A stretch of DNA of 43,869 nt from an uncultured bacterium (GTDB lineage Bacteria > Patescibacteriota > Patescibacteriia > UBA1558 > GWA2-36-10), in the NCBI GenBank assembly GCA_937870675.1, contig CALMZN010000018.1:1-43869 (forward strand), read 5' to 3'. The position numbers and the translations under genes were made by a program. Each line of letters begins with the position of its first letter. Within the stretch, counting starts at the first letter, position 1. The notes beneath the pieces were generated by a model, which saw only the letters and a list, made by a program, of their open reading frames with translations, was not told where the DNA came from and ran no database searches. Of this stretch, positions 9,523-18,661 are shown piece by piece.

Positions 9523-10674
9523 TTATTTGCTATATTTTTTCCAATGAATCATCCAGGTGTTTTTTTTGACTTCCAAATATAACTTCTCGGCTTGTATTTT
9601 TTCTTGGCTTGTTGCTCGCTGTAGAGATCGCACACTACGCACCAACTCTTCAACACCATTGTCAATCATGTCTGGATGCCAAGTCAAGGGAGAAAAGTCG
9701 GAGGGCTTCCTAGCTGAAGCCCACCAAAAAGTGCAAGAAATCAAACCCTGATCAAGATGCATTCTGGCCCATTGAAAACTAGGATCTTTTTTGTATTTTT
9801 TTAGCAACTTACTAGCTAGAGCAACTAAGGCCCATAAGTCCCGCTGGATTTTATTGCGTGGATCAGACCACATTACAAAGGGCTTATTAGATTTTAGCTC
9901 TTGTGCTGTTGACTCCCAAGTTCCTGGACGCAAAACAATAGTTTTTTTCTTACTTAGTCCAAGTATATATTGAGACACTGTTTTGCTTTCCAAATTTTTA
10001 TTAGAAATCACTTTTTCAATATGCCCCTGCCAATCTTCATGGCGATGACCATATATTTCACCATCAGTAGCGGTGATTATTGTTTCATTGGCCGTTATTT
10101 TTTCTAGCTTATGATAAATCTCTTCGGCTGGATATTTTTTTGATATTATTCTATCGCGAAAAATAACTGACAAACCAATATTTTTAATACTATAGTGTAT
10201 ATTATTATCAATCTTTTCGTTGGCGCATATTGGATCTAGTATTATCCATTTATAACCTAACCGCTTGATAATTTTTGCCACTCCTTGGCTATAGGCCATC
10301 TCCGGCAAATAAAAACCACTTGGTTTCAAATTTGGGAAAAACTTTTTTAAGGTCTCGGTGTTTAATTTTATTTGCCTAATTACTTCTTCTTGACTTAATA
10401 ATGGCAAAAGCGGGTGAAATTTGGCTGTGGCTGTTAATTCAATTTGTTTTCGGCTTACTAGCTTTTGTAATTCTTTGATCAAATCCGGCCGGATTTCAAA
10501 AAGCATGTCCAGTAAACAACCGCTGATATTTATAGTGGCTCGATATTTTGGATATTTTTTAAAAAGATAAACCAAATACTCGTAGCTTTGGCTAGCTATT
10601 TGCTGTACCACTCCGACTGTCTGCCATGGTGGCTGATAGATGTGTAAAAAGTTAACCCAAATTATCTTTTTCAT
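9523..10674 (-). CDS. Glycoside hydrolase family 57 protein
   Basis: NFLHIYQP, HPLLPLL, GFYLPEMAYS (nucleophile Glu), TATDGEIYGH. Confidence 0.88.
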   Translation of the reverse strand: MKKIIWVNFLHIYQPPWQTVGVVQQIASQSYEYLVYLFKKYPKYRATINISGCLLDMLFEIRPDLIKELQKLVSRKQIELTATAKFHPLLPLLSQEEVIRQIKLNTETLKKFFPNLKPSGFYLPEMAYSQGVAKIIKRLGYKWIILDPICANEKIDNNIHYSIKNIGLSVIFRDRIISKKYPAEEIYHKLEKITANETIITATDGEIYGHRHEDWQGHIEKVISNKNLESKTVSQYILGLSKKKTIVLRPGTWESTAQELKSNKPFVMWSDPRNKIQRDLWALVALASKLLKKYKKDPSFQWARMHLDQGLISCTFWWASARKPSDFSPLTWHPDMIDNGVEELVRSVRSLQRATSQEKIQAEKLYLEVKKNTWMIHWKKYSK

Positions 10675-12139
10675 TTTTTATCTTAATAGCGTGCTGATAA
10701 AGCTCTAGATATTCTTTGGCCGGTATTTCCCAAGAATAGGAGGCCTTCATACCACGACAAGCCAAGTCGCGCCACACTTTTTTGTGTTTGTAGGTCTCCA
10801 GGGCTCTAGTCAAGGCAATCAAAAATTCTTTCTGATCGTAATTTTTGAAGGTAAAACCATTACTGGCCTCATTGTTTGGTTCAAAATTTTCTACTGTGTC
10901 ATTCAGGCCACCAGTTTGCCTGACAATGGGCACACAACCATAACGAAAACTAATCAGCTGATTGATACCGCAGGGCTCATGGTGTGATGGTAAAAGAAAC
11001 ATATCTGAACCAGCATAAACCAAGGTCTCATATTTTTGATTTTCCTTATGTGAAGGTATGACTGCCAATTGTTTGGGATATTTTTTGGCTAGTTTCATGA
11101 ATTCACTGATATAGCTTCTATCGCCAGCGCCGATGACAATTAGTTGAGCACCCATATCCATGATATTGCTGATCGTGCTCAATATCAACTCAAAGCCCTT
11201 TTGGTAAGTGACTCGCGAAGTGGTGCATAAAACTGGCGCGTCTTGGTCAATTTTAAGATTAAATAATTTTTGAATGCGCTCTTTGTTCACTTTTTTTCGT
11301 TGAATTTTTTTATGGTCATAATTCAATACCAAGTTAGGATCATTGATGGGATTATAATCCTTGTAGTCAATGCCATTGACAATGCCAAAAAGATTTTCTT
11401 TTCTATTTCTCAAAATGCGGTGCAAATCCTGCCCAAAACTTGGTTGCAATATTTCTTCGGCATAGGTCTCGGAAACCGTGTTGATAACATCGGCATTGAG
11501 AATGCCTCGTTTGGCAAAATTGATGTACTCAATTTTTTTATCACCAAACAATGGCAAAGTTTTAGTTCCCTTATCTTTATACTTCTCTGGCACTTCCCAC
11601 CAATTATGGCCCAGTTGAAATACCAAGTTATGAATGGTATAAACTGTGGCGGCCTTGGAAAGAGTTTCGCTTTTTTTGAAACGACTTTGCTTCAAATAGG
11701 GCACTAAACCAGAATGCCAATCATGACAATGAATAATATCAGCTTTGAATTTTAACAGTGATATTAATTTTAGAGCGGCTATATCAAAAAGATAAAAACG
11801 AGCATTTTCGTGCTCCGAACCATACAATTTTTTGTGACGAGAAAAATACTTTTCATTGCCAATAAAATATACTTTCAAACCCGGCAATAATTCGGCGCGC
11901 AAGTAGCTAACTGATTCTTCATTTTTGGCGTCAATATTTAATTTGACGTTGCTAAAAATTTTTTCTAACTTAAATTTTCCCTGGTCTATGACCTTGGCAT
12001 AAAACGGAGTAATAATAATCACCTCGTGCCCCAAGCGATGAAAGGCCTTGGGCAATGACCGCGCCACATCACCCAAACCACCAGTTTTGGAGTAAGGATG
12101 AACCTCGGCTGAAATTGAGACGATTTTTAATTTTTTCAT
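10652..12139 (-). CDS. glgA: Glycogen synthase (GT5), copy 1
   Basis: SKTGGLGDV, HCHDWH, TIHNL, NGID, PSHHEPCG, TGGLNDTV. Confidence 0.93.
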   Translation of the reverse strand: MKKLKIVSISAEVHPYSKTGGLGDVARSLPKAFHRLGHEVIIITPFYAKVIDQGKFKLEKIFSNVKLNIDAKNEESVSYLRAELLPGLKVYFIGNEKYFSRHKKLYGSEHENARFYLFDIAALKLISLLKFKADIIHCHDWHSGLVPYLKQSRFKKSETLSKAATVYTIHNLVFQLGHNWWEVPEKYKDKGTKTLPLFGDKKIEYINFAKRGILNADVINTVSETYAEEILQPSFGQDLHRILRNRKENLFGIVNGIDYKDYNPINDPNLVLNYDHKKIQRKKVNKERIQKLFNLKIDQDAPVLCTTSRVTYQKGFELILSTISNIMDMGAQLIVIGAGDRSYISEFMKLAKKYPKQLAVIPSHKENQKYETLVYAGSDMFLLPSHHEPCGINQLISFRYGCVPIVRQTGGLNDTVENFEPNNEASNGFTFKNYDQKEFLIALTRALETYKHKKVWRDLACRGMKASYSWEIPAKEYLELYQHAIKIKNEKDNLG

Positions 12140-12151
12140 CCCCTTAGAAAA
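12136..12151 (-). repeat. Solo copy of the cassette end motif
   Basis: Minus strand ttttctaaggggATGAA; the motif core is the whole 12-bp ruvC-glgA spacer and ends in the glgA ATG. Confidence 0.55.
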
Positions 12152-12646
12152 CTAATTTATTATATATTTATTAAATGAAGCTCCGGCAATAGCAATGGCC
12201 AAAGCATCAGCCGCATCATCGGGCTTGGGTACAGCCGACAATTGCAACAGGGTTTTGACCATGACCCCAATTTGACGCTTACTGGCCTGTCCAGAGCCCG
12301 TCACTGCTTGTTTTACCTGCAAAGGCGTCAATTCCACCAAAGTTTTTTTCTGTTCAACAATGGCCAGTAGTAGCACTCCTCTGGCTTGACTGACATCAAT
12401 AGCTGTTTTGGTGTTTTTGGCGAAAAAAAGTTTTTCCACGGCCACTAAGTCAGGATCATATTCCTTTATCAAGCTACTTACTTCCAGATATATTTCTAAT
12501 ATCCGGCTAGAAAAATTTTTCCTAGCCGCGGTTTTTATACTGCCACAAGTCAGATAACGCAATTTATTGTTTTCACGACAAACCACACCAAAGCCAGTAT
12601 CGGCTAGTCCTGGATCAAATCCTAAAATAGTAAATTTTTTTGTCAT
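12152..12646 (-). CDS. ruvC: Holliday junction resolvase RuvC
   Basis: ILGFDPGLADTGFG, VEKLFF, QARGV, DDAADALAIA. Confidence 0.96.
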   Translation of the reverse strand: MTKKFTILGFDPGLADTGFGVVCRENNKLRYLTCGSIKTAARKNFSSRILEIYLEVSSLIKEYDPDLVAVEKLFFAKNTKTAIDVSQARGVLLLAIVEQKKTLVELTPLQVKQAVTGSGQASKRQIGVMVKTLLQLSAVPKPDDAADALAIAIAGASFNKYIIN

Positions 12647-12649
12647 GAT

Positions 12650-13354
12650 TTATATATTGGCGTTGGTATAGATGTTGTTGACATCGTCCAGCTCGTCCAG
12701 TTCATCCAATAATTTTATCAATTTTTCACTATCCTTTACTTCTACCTTATTTTTTGATAAATAAACCATTTCCGAAGAACTAATTTCAAAACCCATGTTT
12801 TGTAAATTATTTTTAATTTTTTCTAAATCATTTATTTCTGTAATCAGTTTGACTGGCTCTTCATTGATAACATCAATAAGGCCCATTTCAATGACTTGCA
12901 ACTCCTCTTGCTCGTTGAGCATTTTTTTATTCAAAATTATTTCACCTCTGATATCAAACATCCATAGCACGCTACCACTGCCGGCCAAACTGCCGTCATA
13001 TTTTCCCAAAATATGCTTGAGGGTAGCCACGGCTCGGTTTTTATTATCAGTAATGGCTTCTATCAATATAGCGACTCCCTCTGGCCCATAGGCCTCGTAC
13101 AATAAATTTTCAATATTACTATCGCCACCTACCCCAGTGGCTCTTTTGATGGCGCGCTCAATATTGTCTTTGGGCATATTATAATTACGGGCCTTATCAA
13201 TAGCGATGCGCAACTTAAAGTTTGTTTCTGGATCAACACCGTTTCTGGCGGCAATAGTTATATTTTTTGACAACTTAGTAAAAAGATTACCCCGCTTAGC
13301 GTCAATAGCTGATTTGGCTCTTTTGGTTGTTGCCCACTTGGAATGTCCACTCAT
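12650..13354 (-). CDS. yebC: YebC/PmpR family protein
   Basis: Start reassigned to MSGHSKWA (ATG 13354); YEAYGPEGVA, TDNKNR, DDVNNIYTN. Confidence 0.95.
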   Translation of the reverse strand: MSGHSKWATTKRAKSAIDAKRGNLFTKLSKNITIAARNGVDPETNFKLRIAIDKARNYNMPKDNIERAIKRATGVGGDSNIENLLYEAYGPEGVAILIEAITDNKNRAVATLKHILGKYDGSLAGSGSVLWMFDIRGEIILNKKMLNEQEELQVIEMGLIDVINEEPVKLITEINDLEKIKNNLQNMGFEISSSEMVYLSKNKVEVKDSEKLIKLLDELDELDDVNNIYTNANI

Positions 13355-13433
13355 AAAAACAAAATATAATCTTAATTTATGTAGGTATCTTAACAATATT
13401 GGAGCAAAAAATCAACCATTTTTACTTATACAC

Positions 13434-13462
13434 TTGACTTCGCTTTTGAATAATAATAAACT
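13434..13462 (+). promoter_or_regulatory. Sigma70-type promoter
   Basis: TTGACT (13434-13439), 17-bp spacer, TAAACT (13457-13462). Confidence 0.55.
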
Positions 13463-13519
13463 ATAATCAGTTATAAACTCTTTGCTCTTGAGGAAAACCG
13501 CCCCGCCCCAAAAACACCG

Positions 13520-13555
13520 TATCTCCGCGCCCATGCCTGGCGGAGATATTTTTTT
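13520..13555 (+). terminator. Intrinsic terminator
   Basis: tatctccgc...gcggagata stem followed by T7. Confidence 0.7.
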
Positions 13556-13693
13556 ATCGACGCCCTGAATGGGACTGAATGGGCGGAGATATTTTTTTAT
13601 CGACGCCCTGAATGGGACTGAATGGGCGGAGATATTTTGTTATCGACGCCCTTAGTCCGCCAGCTGGCGGATCGAATGAGCGGAGATATTTTT
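13539..13693. repeat. 43-bp tandem repeat (two identical copies, one variant, one partial)
   Basis: ggcggagatatttttttatcgacgccctgaatgggactgaatg at 13539-13581 and 13582-13624; the third copy contains palindrome tccgccagctggcgga (13656-13671); partial copy from 13680. Confidence 0.92.
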
Positions 13694-13734
13694 CTTTTCT
13701 TTATTGTTTATTTTTTTTCTGATAGAATTGACCC

Positions 13735-15336
13735 ATGACAGCTGACGAGAAATGGCGAAAATTTAAAAAAACCTTTTTTCAGTTCAAACTAGACTATTGG
13801 CTGATTTTTCTGGTTTTAGCTTTTTATTATGCTTGCCTACAGTGGAATGGCTATATAGGCGACCCTGACGGCTTTTATCACGCCAAGATAGCTGATTTCC
13901 TAAGACAGGGTATATTACTCAAAGAACTGCCTTGGATGCAATACAGCTCAATTACTGAGCATTTTACTGATCACCACCTGCTTTACCATCTATTATTAGT
14001 GCCTTTTACTTACATTCAATCACCCCTGATCGGGGTCAAGGTGGCCACGGTATTTTTCGCCACTTTAATGGGGTTAACTTTCTACTGGTTATTTAAAAAA
14101 CTAAACATTGTCTGGCCGTGGCTGTGGACTTTTTTACTAATTAGCTTGCCAGATCTTACTTTTCGCCTAACTCTAATCAAAGTAAACAGTTTATCTTTAA
14201 TATTTATTTGCTTTTTTATTTACGGCTTGTATTACAAAAAACGCTGGCTGATTTTTACTTTGGGATTTCTTTTTGTGTGGCTCTATGGTGGCTGGCCGAT
14301 TGCCTTTTTGCTGGGACTTATTTTTTTGCTAGCTACAGCTATTTATGATTTTATACACCACAAAAAAATCAAGCTCTTTCACCAGCGCTTGCTCATATCT
14401 TGGGATGATAAAAATAAATTCATTGCTGATAAAAAAACCTTACTATTCTTGATGAGCGGTTTGTTGGCTGGCGTAATAATCAACCCCTACTTTCCTCATA
14501 ATCTAAAATTTTACTATGAACAATTTTTTCTAATCGGCGTCATCAACTATGGCTATCTTTTTTCTGTTGGCGGTGAGTGGTATGGTCGCTCAATCCCGCA
14601 GGTAATATATTCGGGCGATTATTTTTTTATTTTGGGAATCATAGCTATAATAATTTTGTTTTTCAATTACAAAAAAATTAGCCACTTAAGCTGGTTTAGC
14701 TTTTTGCTAAGCTTTTTATTTTTGTTATTGACCCTAAAATCATACCGTTTTATTGAATATTATCTTCCTTTTTTATTAATTTTTACAGCCAGCGCTTGGA
14801 CTGATATTGTTAAAAAAATTGGCTTCAAAACAATTACCAAAAACATCAAATCTCTGCTTGAGTGGCAAAAAATATTTTTGCTAATTTATTTAGCTATTTT
14901 TTGTATTATTGCCCAACCAAATATTTACAAAAAAATATTGGATACCAAAACACCCAAAGACCTCCCAATTGATCGTTATCAGTCAAGCGCCAATTGGCTA
15001 AAAAACAACACTCCAAAAAATAGCGTGGTCTTCCACGAGGATTGGGATGAATGGCCAATGCTTTTTTATTATAACGACCACAATTACTATATTGTCGGCT
15101 TAGATTTTTCTTTTATGTATTTTTCGCATCCGGCTTTACAAAAAAAATACATTGCTATCACCAAGGGCGATCTAAAAGACAACTTGGCTTGGGAAATAAA
15201 AAATGGTTTCAATGCTAGCTATATTTTTGTGGAAAAAACTCGGCACGAAAATCTGATCGCCAATATAAAAAAAGACCGGAATATTTCCTTGTCCTATGAA
15301 GATAAATATTTTCTAATTTACAAAATAGCTTACTAA
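13735..15336 (+). CDS. Polytopic membrane protein, probable GT-C fold glycosyltransferase
   Basis: Acidic first loop GDPDGFYH, many hydrophobic helices, soluble C-terminus with an STT3/ArnT-like WLKNNTP..V..DWD segment. Confidence 0.6.
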   Translation: MTADEKWRKFKKTFFQFKLDYWLIFLVLAFYYACLQWNGYIGDPDGFYHAKIADFLRQGILLKELPWMQYSSITEHFTDHHLLYHLLLVPFTYIQSPLIGVKVATVFFATLMGLTFYWLFKKLNIVWPWLWTFLLISLPDLTFRLTLIKVNSLSLIFICFFIYGLYYKKRWLIFTLGFLFVWLYGGWPIAFLLGLIFLLATAIYDFIHHKKIKLFHQRLLISWDDKNKFIADKKTLLFLMSGLLAGVIINPYFPHNLKFYYEQFFLIGVINYGYLFSVGGEWYGRSIPQVIYSGDYFFILGIIAIIILFFNYKKISHLSWFSFLLSFLFLLLTLKSYRFIEYYLPFLLIFTASAWTDIVKKIGFKTITKNIKSLLEWQKIFLLIYLAIFCIIAQPNIYKKILDTKTPKDLPIDRYQSSANWLKNNTPKNSVVFHEDWDEWPMLFYYNDHNYYIVGLDFSFMYFSHPALQKKYIAITKGDLKDNLAWEIKNGFNASYIFVEKTRHENLIANIKKDRNISLSYEDKYFLIYKIAY

Positions 15337-15344
15337 CTTATTTA

Positions 15345-17234
15345 TTATTGGCTAAAATAAGTTCTATCAAACACTTTTTCTCTTTTGATAAGCAGACCCA
15401 AGTTGCTCCTGTCGCCCAAGACATTGCGACTCTCATAGCGATAAATTTCAAAAGAGTCAACCTGATTATTCAAATAATAATAAACTGTTGCTGTTTGCCC
15501 AGCTTTGTTTTGGGCCAAGGAATAAAGCCCATAATCAAAAAGTACTTCCCAATATTGGTCATTCTGATAAAATCTGACCAGATAATAATTGCTTACTAAA
15601 TTATTATAATTTATTTTTAAGGTCTGTGCCTCAGCCGACTGTGTCAATGACCATGCTTTGAGTAGACCATCTTCTCCGCTCGTCACTGACTCAAGCTCAA
15701 AATAAGGCATACTCTTTTCACCAGAAGTGTCTTTGCTCTGCCACAAAAAAATATTGTCCTTGGCATAAGTCAAGTTGTAATCCGCCAAAACAGCCCCCCA
15801 GCGATCCGGCATAGTCAGTGGATCGCCGTGCTTCCAATATAGCGGACTATTGCTGTCATTTTTGGTGGAAATAAATTGGCTCATATCCATCAAGATATAA
15901 TCTACTTTTGGCAAGCTAAAATCTCTTTCCGCAAATATTGTCTTGCCGTAATAAGCATAGTCAATATTGTAGATCTCTCTGCGTGTGCTCAAGGCCGGCA
16001 AAAATGACGAATCCGCGCATACTGTTGCTTGGGGTGGAATCAAGTCAATTATTTTTTGCCTATCTTGATGGTAATTTGGCAAAAATTTCTTGCCAAGTAC
16101 TGAAAAAACGGGTGTGTCAAATATCACAAAAAATAAAATAGAAAAAATAAATAGGACAACAAAAAATGGCTGGTGTTTATAAATCAACCCTAATTTTTGA
16201 GTATTTTTTTTGCTAAATATGGTCCAAAGCCCAAAAATATAAGCCAAGAAAATTCCGGGCATCAAAAACATCACATAGTGGGTCTGTAGCTGGACGCCAT
16301 TGATGCCACCGTTCTTCATCAGATATAGTGAAAACGGAAATAGCGACAAAAGTAAATATTTTTTGGCTAAAAAAGGAACAAAAAGAAATGGCAAAAAATA
16401 ATAAAAAATAAGAATAACATTATTTATAGTAAAAATGTGAGTAAGCACAGCTAGGGGATGCTTCAGCCAGTTAAAAATAACGCCCAACAAACTATCGCCA
16501 CCCAGCCAATTGTAATATACCAAAAATTTGAAACTATTGGCTGGCGAAACCAAGCTAATAATATAAATGGCCGCAAAAAAATATATTAAAGAACTAATAA
16601 AAATATTTATACTGAACTTTAGCGATCTTTTTTCTAATACGCTAAACAAGGCCAAACCCAAAAATAAAAAAGCAGCATCTTCGCGAGTAAGCAAGGTGAG
16701 GACAAAAAATAACACAAACCACTTGAGCTTTTTTTGTTGGTAAAAATAAAAAGCCCAAAAAAACAAAAAAACCATCAGGTGCAACATGTGAAACTCAAAT
16801 AACACTTGACGATGCACAAAGGGATTGGTCAGCCACAAAAAAGCAGTAGTATAAGCGAAAATGACATTGCTGGAATATTTTTTGGCAATAAGGTAAATTG
16901 GCCAAGCTGCTAGAGCGGTGATTATCACTTGAATAATTAAGAGAGTGATGGCTGATGGCTTGATAGCATAAAACGGCAACAACAAAAGCAGGGCTGGTGA
17001 AAAATGATCAGCCAGATAATTGTTCAAAGTAATGGTTTCAGCAAACCAGCGACCATGCCAAGTATTAAAAAAAGTTTGGTTAAAAATCCCCAAGTCAGAG
17101 ATGTTGTAGCCAAAATAATAATATTTTTTGAGAACCAAAAAAATAAAGAACAAAATAAAGACCAGAATACTGACCCAAAGATATCTTTGGCTATGTTTGG
17201 CTAGGTCGGATTTTATTCTACTAACAAAATTCAT
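15345..17234 (-). CDS. DUF2079-like membrane protein (probable GT-C glycosyltransferase)
   Basis: DLGIFNQ, YLADHFSP, FEFH and REDA motifs; multiple TMs. Confidence 0.7.
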   Translation of the reverse strand: MNFVSRIKSDLAKHSQRYLWVSILVFILFFIFLVLKKYYYFGYNISDLGIFNQTFFNTWHGRWFAETITLNNYLADHFSPALLLLLPFYAIKPSAITLLIIQVIITALAAWPIYLIAKKYSSNVIFAYTTAFLWLTNPFVHRQVLFEFHMLHLMVFLFFWAFYFYQQKKLKWFVLFFVLTLLTREDAAFLFLGLALFSVLEKRSLKFSINIFISSLIYFFAAIYIISLVSPANSFKFLVYYNWLGGDSLLGVIFNWLKHPLAVLTHIFTINNVILIFYYFLPFLFVPFLAKKYLLLSLFPFSLYLMKNGGINGVQLQTHYVMFLMPGIFLAYIFGLWTIFSKKNTQKLGLIYKHQPFFVVLFIFSILFFVIFDTPVFSVLGKKFLPNYHQDRQKIIDLIPPQATVCADSSFLPALSTRREIYNIDYAYYGKTIFAERDFSLPKVDYILMDMSQFISTKNDSNSPLYWKHGDPLTMPDRWGAVLADYNLTYAKDNIFLWQSKDTSGEKSMPYFELESVTSGEDGLLKAWSLTQSAEAQTLKINYNNLVSNYYLVRFYQNDQYWEVLFDYGLYSLAQNKAGQTATVYYYLNNQVDSFEIYRYESRNVLGDRSNLGLLIKREKVFDRTYFSQ

Positions 17235-17289
17235 TAGTATAATTATAGCACACCAAATTCAACCCAACGGATTGATTTTGAACCAGACA

Positions 17290-17318
17290 TTGACAAATAT
17301 TGATATTTAGTATATAAT
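17290..17318 (+). promoter_or_regulatory. Perfect consensus sigma70 promoter
   Basis: TTGACA (17290-17295), 17-bp spacer, TATAAT (17313-17318). Confidence 0.85.
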
Positions 17319-17378
17319 ATAATGTTAGTAAAAGCCCTATTTTGGGCACAAATCCGAACCTTGAAAGTGAGGTGCTAT

Positions 17379-18095
17379 ATGCGTCGCTATGTGCTTATCT
17401 CCTGTCTGCTGATGGCCCTACTGCCACTCTGTGGCTGTGCTGGCCACCGCCTTCCCTTTGGTCTGGGTGTCGATTACCGGGACTCTGAAGGTCGCGCTCT
17501 GGACTGGCCCCGCGGTGACAATCCGGTCACCGTGGAGATGTTCTTTATCCTGAACTACAATGAGCCGGTGTATATCTCTGTCAACGGCGGGCCCCGAAAC
17601 GAGCTAAGGCCGGGAAGAAACAGCGTCGTCACCCTGACTTCGAAGAAGTCCATACCTTTCGAGGTCTGGTGGGGCAAACGTGTCGGTTACGACACTTTCC
17701 TTGAAGGTGATCCTCACTATGTGGTTGGTCTGTACACTGGCCAGCCAATCATCATTGATGAGTTGTTCCTCCGAAATCTGGTGCGTCTCGAGTTCGTGGT
17801 GGCCAACATTTCTGGTGAAAGCATTGACTTTGTTGACGGTCACGGAAATGTCTTCACTCTCAAGCCGGGAGAAGACAGGGTCTTGAATATCCTTGCCGGG
17901 GACTACATCTTGACCTGGCGACCTTCGGACAAAAGTTATGCTGGTTCCAGTATGAGGGGTCGCCGAATGGTCCGACCTGGACAACCGATTTTCTGGAAGG
18001 AAGTGCTTTACGACGCCGGAACACTGATCGACCGTAGTAGGCCAACTTGGGCTGAAGACATCCTGTTCCGCAATGGTGGATACATCCCCATATAA
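17379..18095 (+). CDS. Hypothetical GC-rich lipoprotein
   Basis: Start reassigned to ATG 17379 after SD GAGGTG (ATG 17322 is only 3 nt from the -10 box); MRRYVLISCLLMALLPLCGC signal peptide with lipobox; beta-rich body. Confidence 0.75.
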   Translation: MRRYVLISCLLMALLPLCGCAGHRLPFGLGVDYRDSEGRALDWPRGDNPVTVEMFFILNYNEPVYISVNGGPRNELRPGRNSVVTLTSKKSIPFEVWWGKRVGYDTFLEGDPHYVVGLYTGQPIIIDELFLRNLVRLEFVVANISGESIDFVDGHGNVFTLKPGEDRVLNILAGDYILTWRPSDKSYAGSSMRGRRMVRPGQPIFWKEVLYDAGTLIDRSRPTWAEDILFRNGGYIPI

Positions 18096-18115
18096 CCTGC
18101 ACCGCACCAAAAACA

Positions 18116-18155
18116 AGCGGCTCCAACCACCGTGGTTGGAGCCGCTATTATTTTT
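18116..18155. terminator. Bidirectional terminator between the lipoprotein and pilin genes
   Basis: agcggctccaaccac-c-gtggttggagccgct (15-bp arms) flanked by A and T tracts. Confidence 0.85.
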
Positions 18156-18192
18156 ACAAAAATTACAATTCGATATAACTAGTAAAAAACTA

Positions 18193-18591
18193 TTAGCCAG
18201 CTGGCGGTATTGGCACTGCGGCTGGAGTAGTTCCTCCCCCAACACCAATACCTTCAATCAATCTTAACATCACAAAATTGACTATCACATAAGACGCAAA
18301 AATAATAGCCAAGCCAATCGTAGCATTGATAATGGTCTCTCGTGATTTTTTGATGGCTTCGGTGTTGCCAGCTGAAGTCATCCACTTGAAACCCGCCCAA
18401 AGCATCAGAACAATGACTATGGCCCCCACAAAATAAAGGATGGTGTTGATAATGGAAGTAATAATTTGAATCGGAGTTTTATTGCTCACTAAACCAGTGC
18501 CTCCAGCCGCTTCGTTCAAGGAGTCCAAAGGATTCACTGCTAGAGCAGTAAAAGGCAACAATAGAAATAAGGAAATAATATATTTATACAT
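18193..18591 (-). CDS. TrbC/VirB2-like (CPR T4SS-type) pilin 4
   Basis: Signal peptide, two TMs linked by AGFKWMTSAGN..IKKSRETIINATIGLAII; ATG 18591 preferred over GTG 18600. Confidence 0.85.
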   Translation of the reverse strand: MYKYIISLFLLLPFTALAVNPLDSLNEAAGGTGLVSNKTPIQIITSIINTILYFVGAIVIVLMLWAGFKWMTSAGNTEAIKKSRETIINATIGLAIIFASYVIVNFVMLRLIEGIGVGGGTTPAAVPIPPAG

Positions 18592-18661
18592 ATAATTCAC
18601 ACCTTAGTAGGCAAAAAGCTTGCCTACTATAGTCTAGACTATATGTCTTAGTTCAAATACA

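Noticed and set aside
13539..13693. Possible CRISPR array
   Set aside because: The intervening segments are short and identical in the first two units, and no cas genes are present; it is a tandem repeat.
18196..18207. gccagctggcgg at the end of pilin 4, matching the 13656 palindrome
   Set aside because: Only a 10-bp palindromic core inside coding sequence (PPAG); insufficient alone.
17604..18257. 217-aa antisense ORF
   Set aside because: Shadow of the GC-rich lipoprotein, which has the promoter, SD, signal peptide and terminator; it also runs through the terminator and overlaps a pilin gene.
18596..18608. Degenerate end motif (actaaggtgtgaa, minus strand) before pilin 4
   Set aside because: Lacks the GGG core and a partner arm; may be a weak SD.
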